Shown one piece after another: positions 27,714-27,932 of a DNA stretch of 27,932 nt. The translations under genes were made by a program, and so were the position numbers. This DNA is from a virus (Duplodnaviria; Caudoviricetes), in IMG/VR virus record IMGVR_UViG_3300005286_000052, positions 1 to 27,932 of that record; one strand, 5' to 3'. The notes beneath the pieces are model-generated. The model ran no database searches. It was given only the letters and a program-made list of their open reading frames with translations, and was not told the origin of the DNA. Within the stretch, counting starts at the first letter, position 1. The number at the start of each line of letters is the position of its first letter.

Positions 27714-27932
27714 GTGGGTATTGCTATTAAGAGATTGGGTGAGTTACGAGTCGAATCTTTTGTTGAAGGTGTGAATAACAACTGGCTTATTTATAAATCA
27801 TTGCCTAACGCCAAAATGCATTCAAGTGCTGTAGATGGAACAGTTTTCTTAAGTGCCACACCTTCTGTTGAAGTTGTGGATGCAGACTTAGATATTCCAT
27901 TAGATGAGAATATTTATGCTTACTCTATTGGT
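27714..27932 (+). CDS. 5' part of the next structural gene (MGIAIKRLGELRVESF...), truncated by the window
   Basis: GTG at 27714 after AAAGGTG RBS; frame open to the window end. Confidence 0.7.
   Translation, partial: MGIAIKRLGELRVESFVEGVNNNWLIYKSLPNAKMHSSAVDGTVFLSATPSVEVVDADLDIPLDENIYAYSIG

Overview
AT-rich segment of a large SPbeta-like (YonO-encoding) Bacillota phage. The right part (8.2-27.9 kb, + strand) starts with a YonO-type single-subunit RNA polymerase. It continues with accessory genes (HU-like, PIN-PhoH, metallophosphoesterase, ClpP-like) and the packaging and head module: putative TerS, TerL interrupted by a group I intron carrying a GIY-YIG homing endonuclease, portal, protease/scaffold, decoration, major capsid and head-completion genes. 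The left part (- strand) looks like a plasmid-type maintenance module, suggesting a phage-plasmid: tyrosine recombinase, RecD2-like helicase, a tandem-HTH Rep-like protein, a helically phased iteron array, an AT-rich tract and an sso/pas-like hairpin. A ~1.75 kb non-coding, strand-asymmetric region with its own repeats lies at ~1.0-2.78 kb. The most striking unannotated element is a ~600 nt ORF-free unit (~950 to ~350, - strand) with a near-consensus sigmaA promoter, a terminator-like end, long-range pairings and internal duplications, i.e. a candidate large ornate ncRNA. All calls are by eye; no searches were run.
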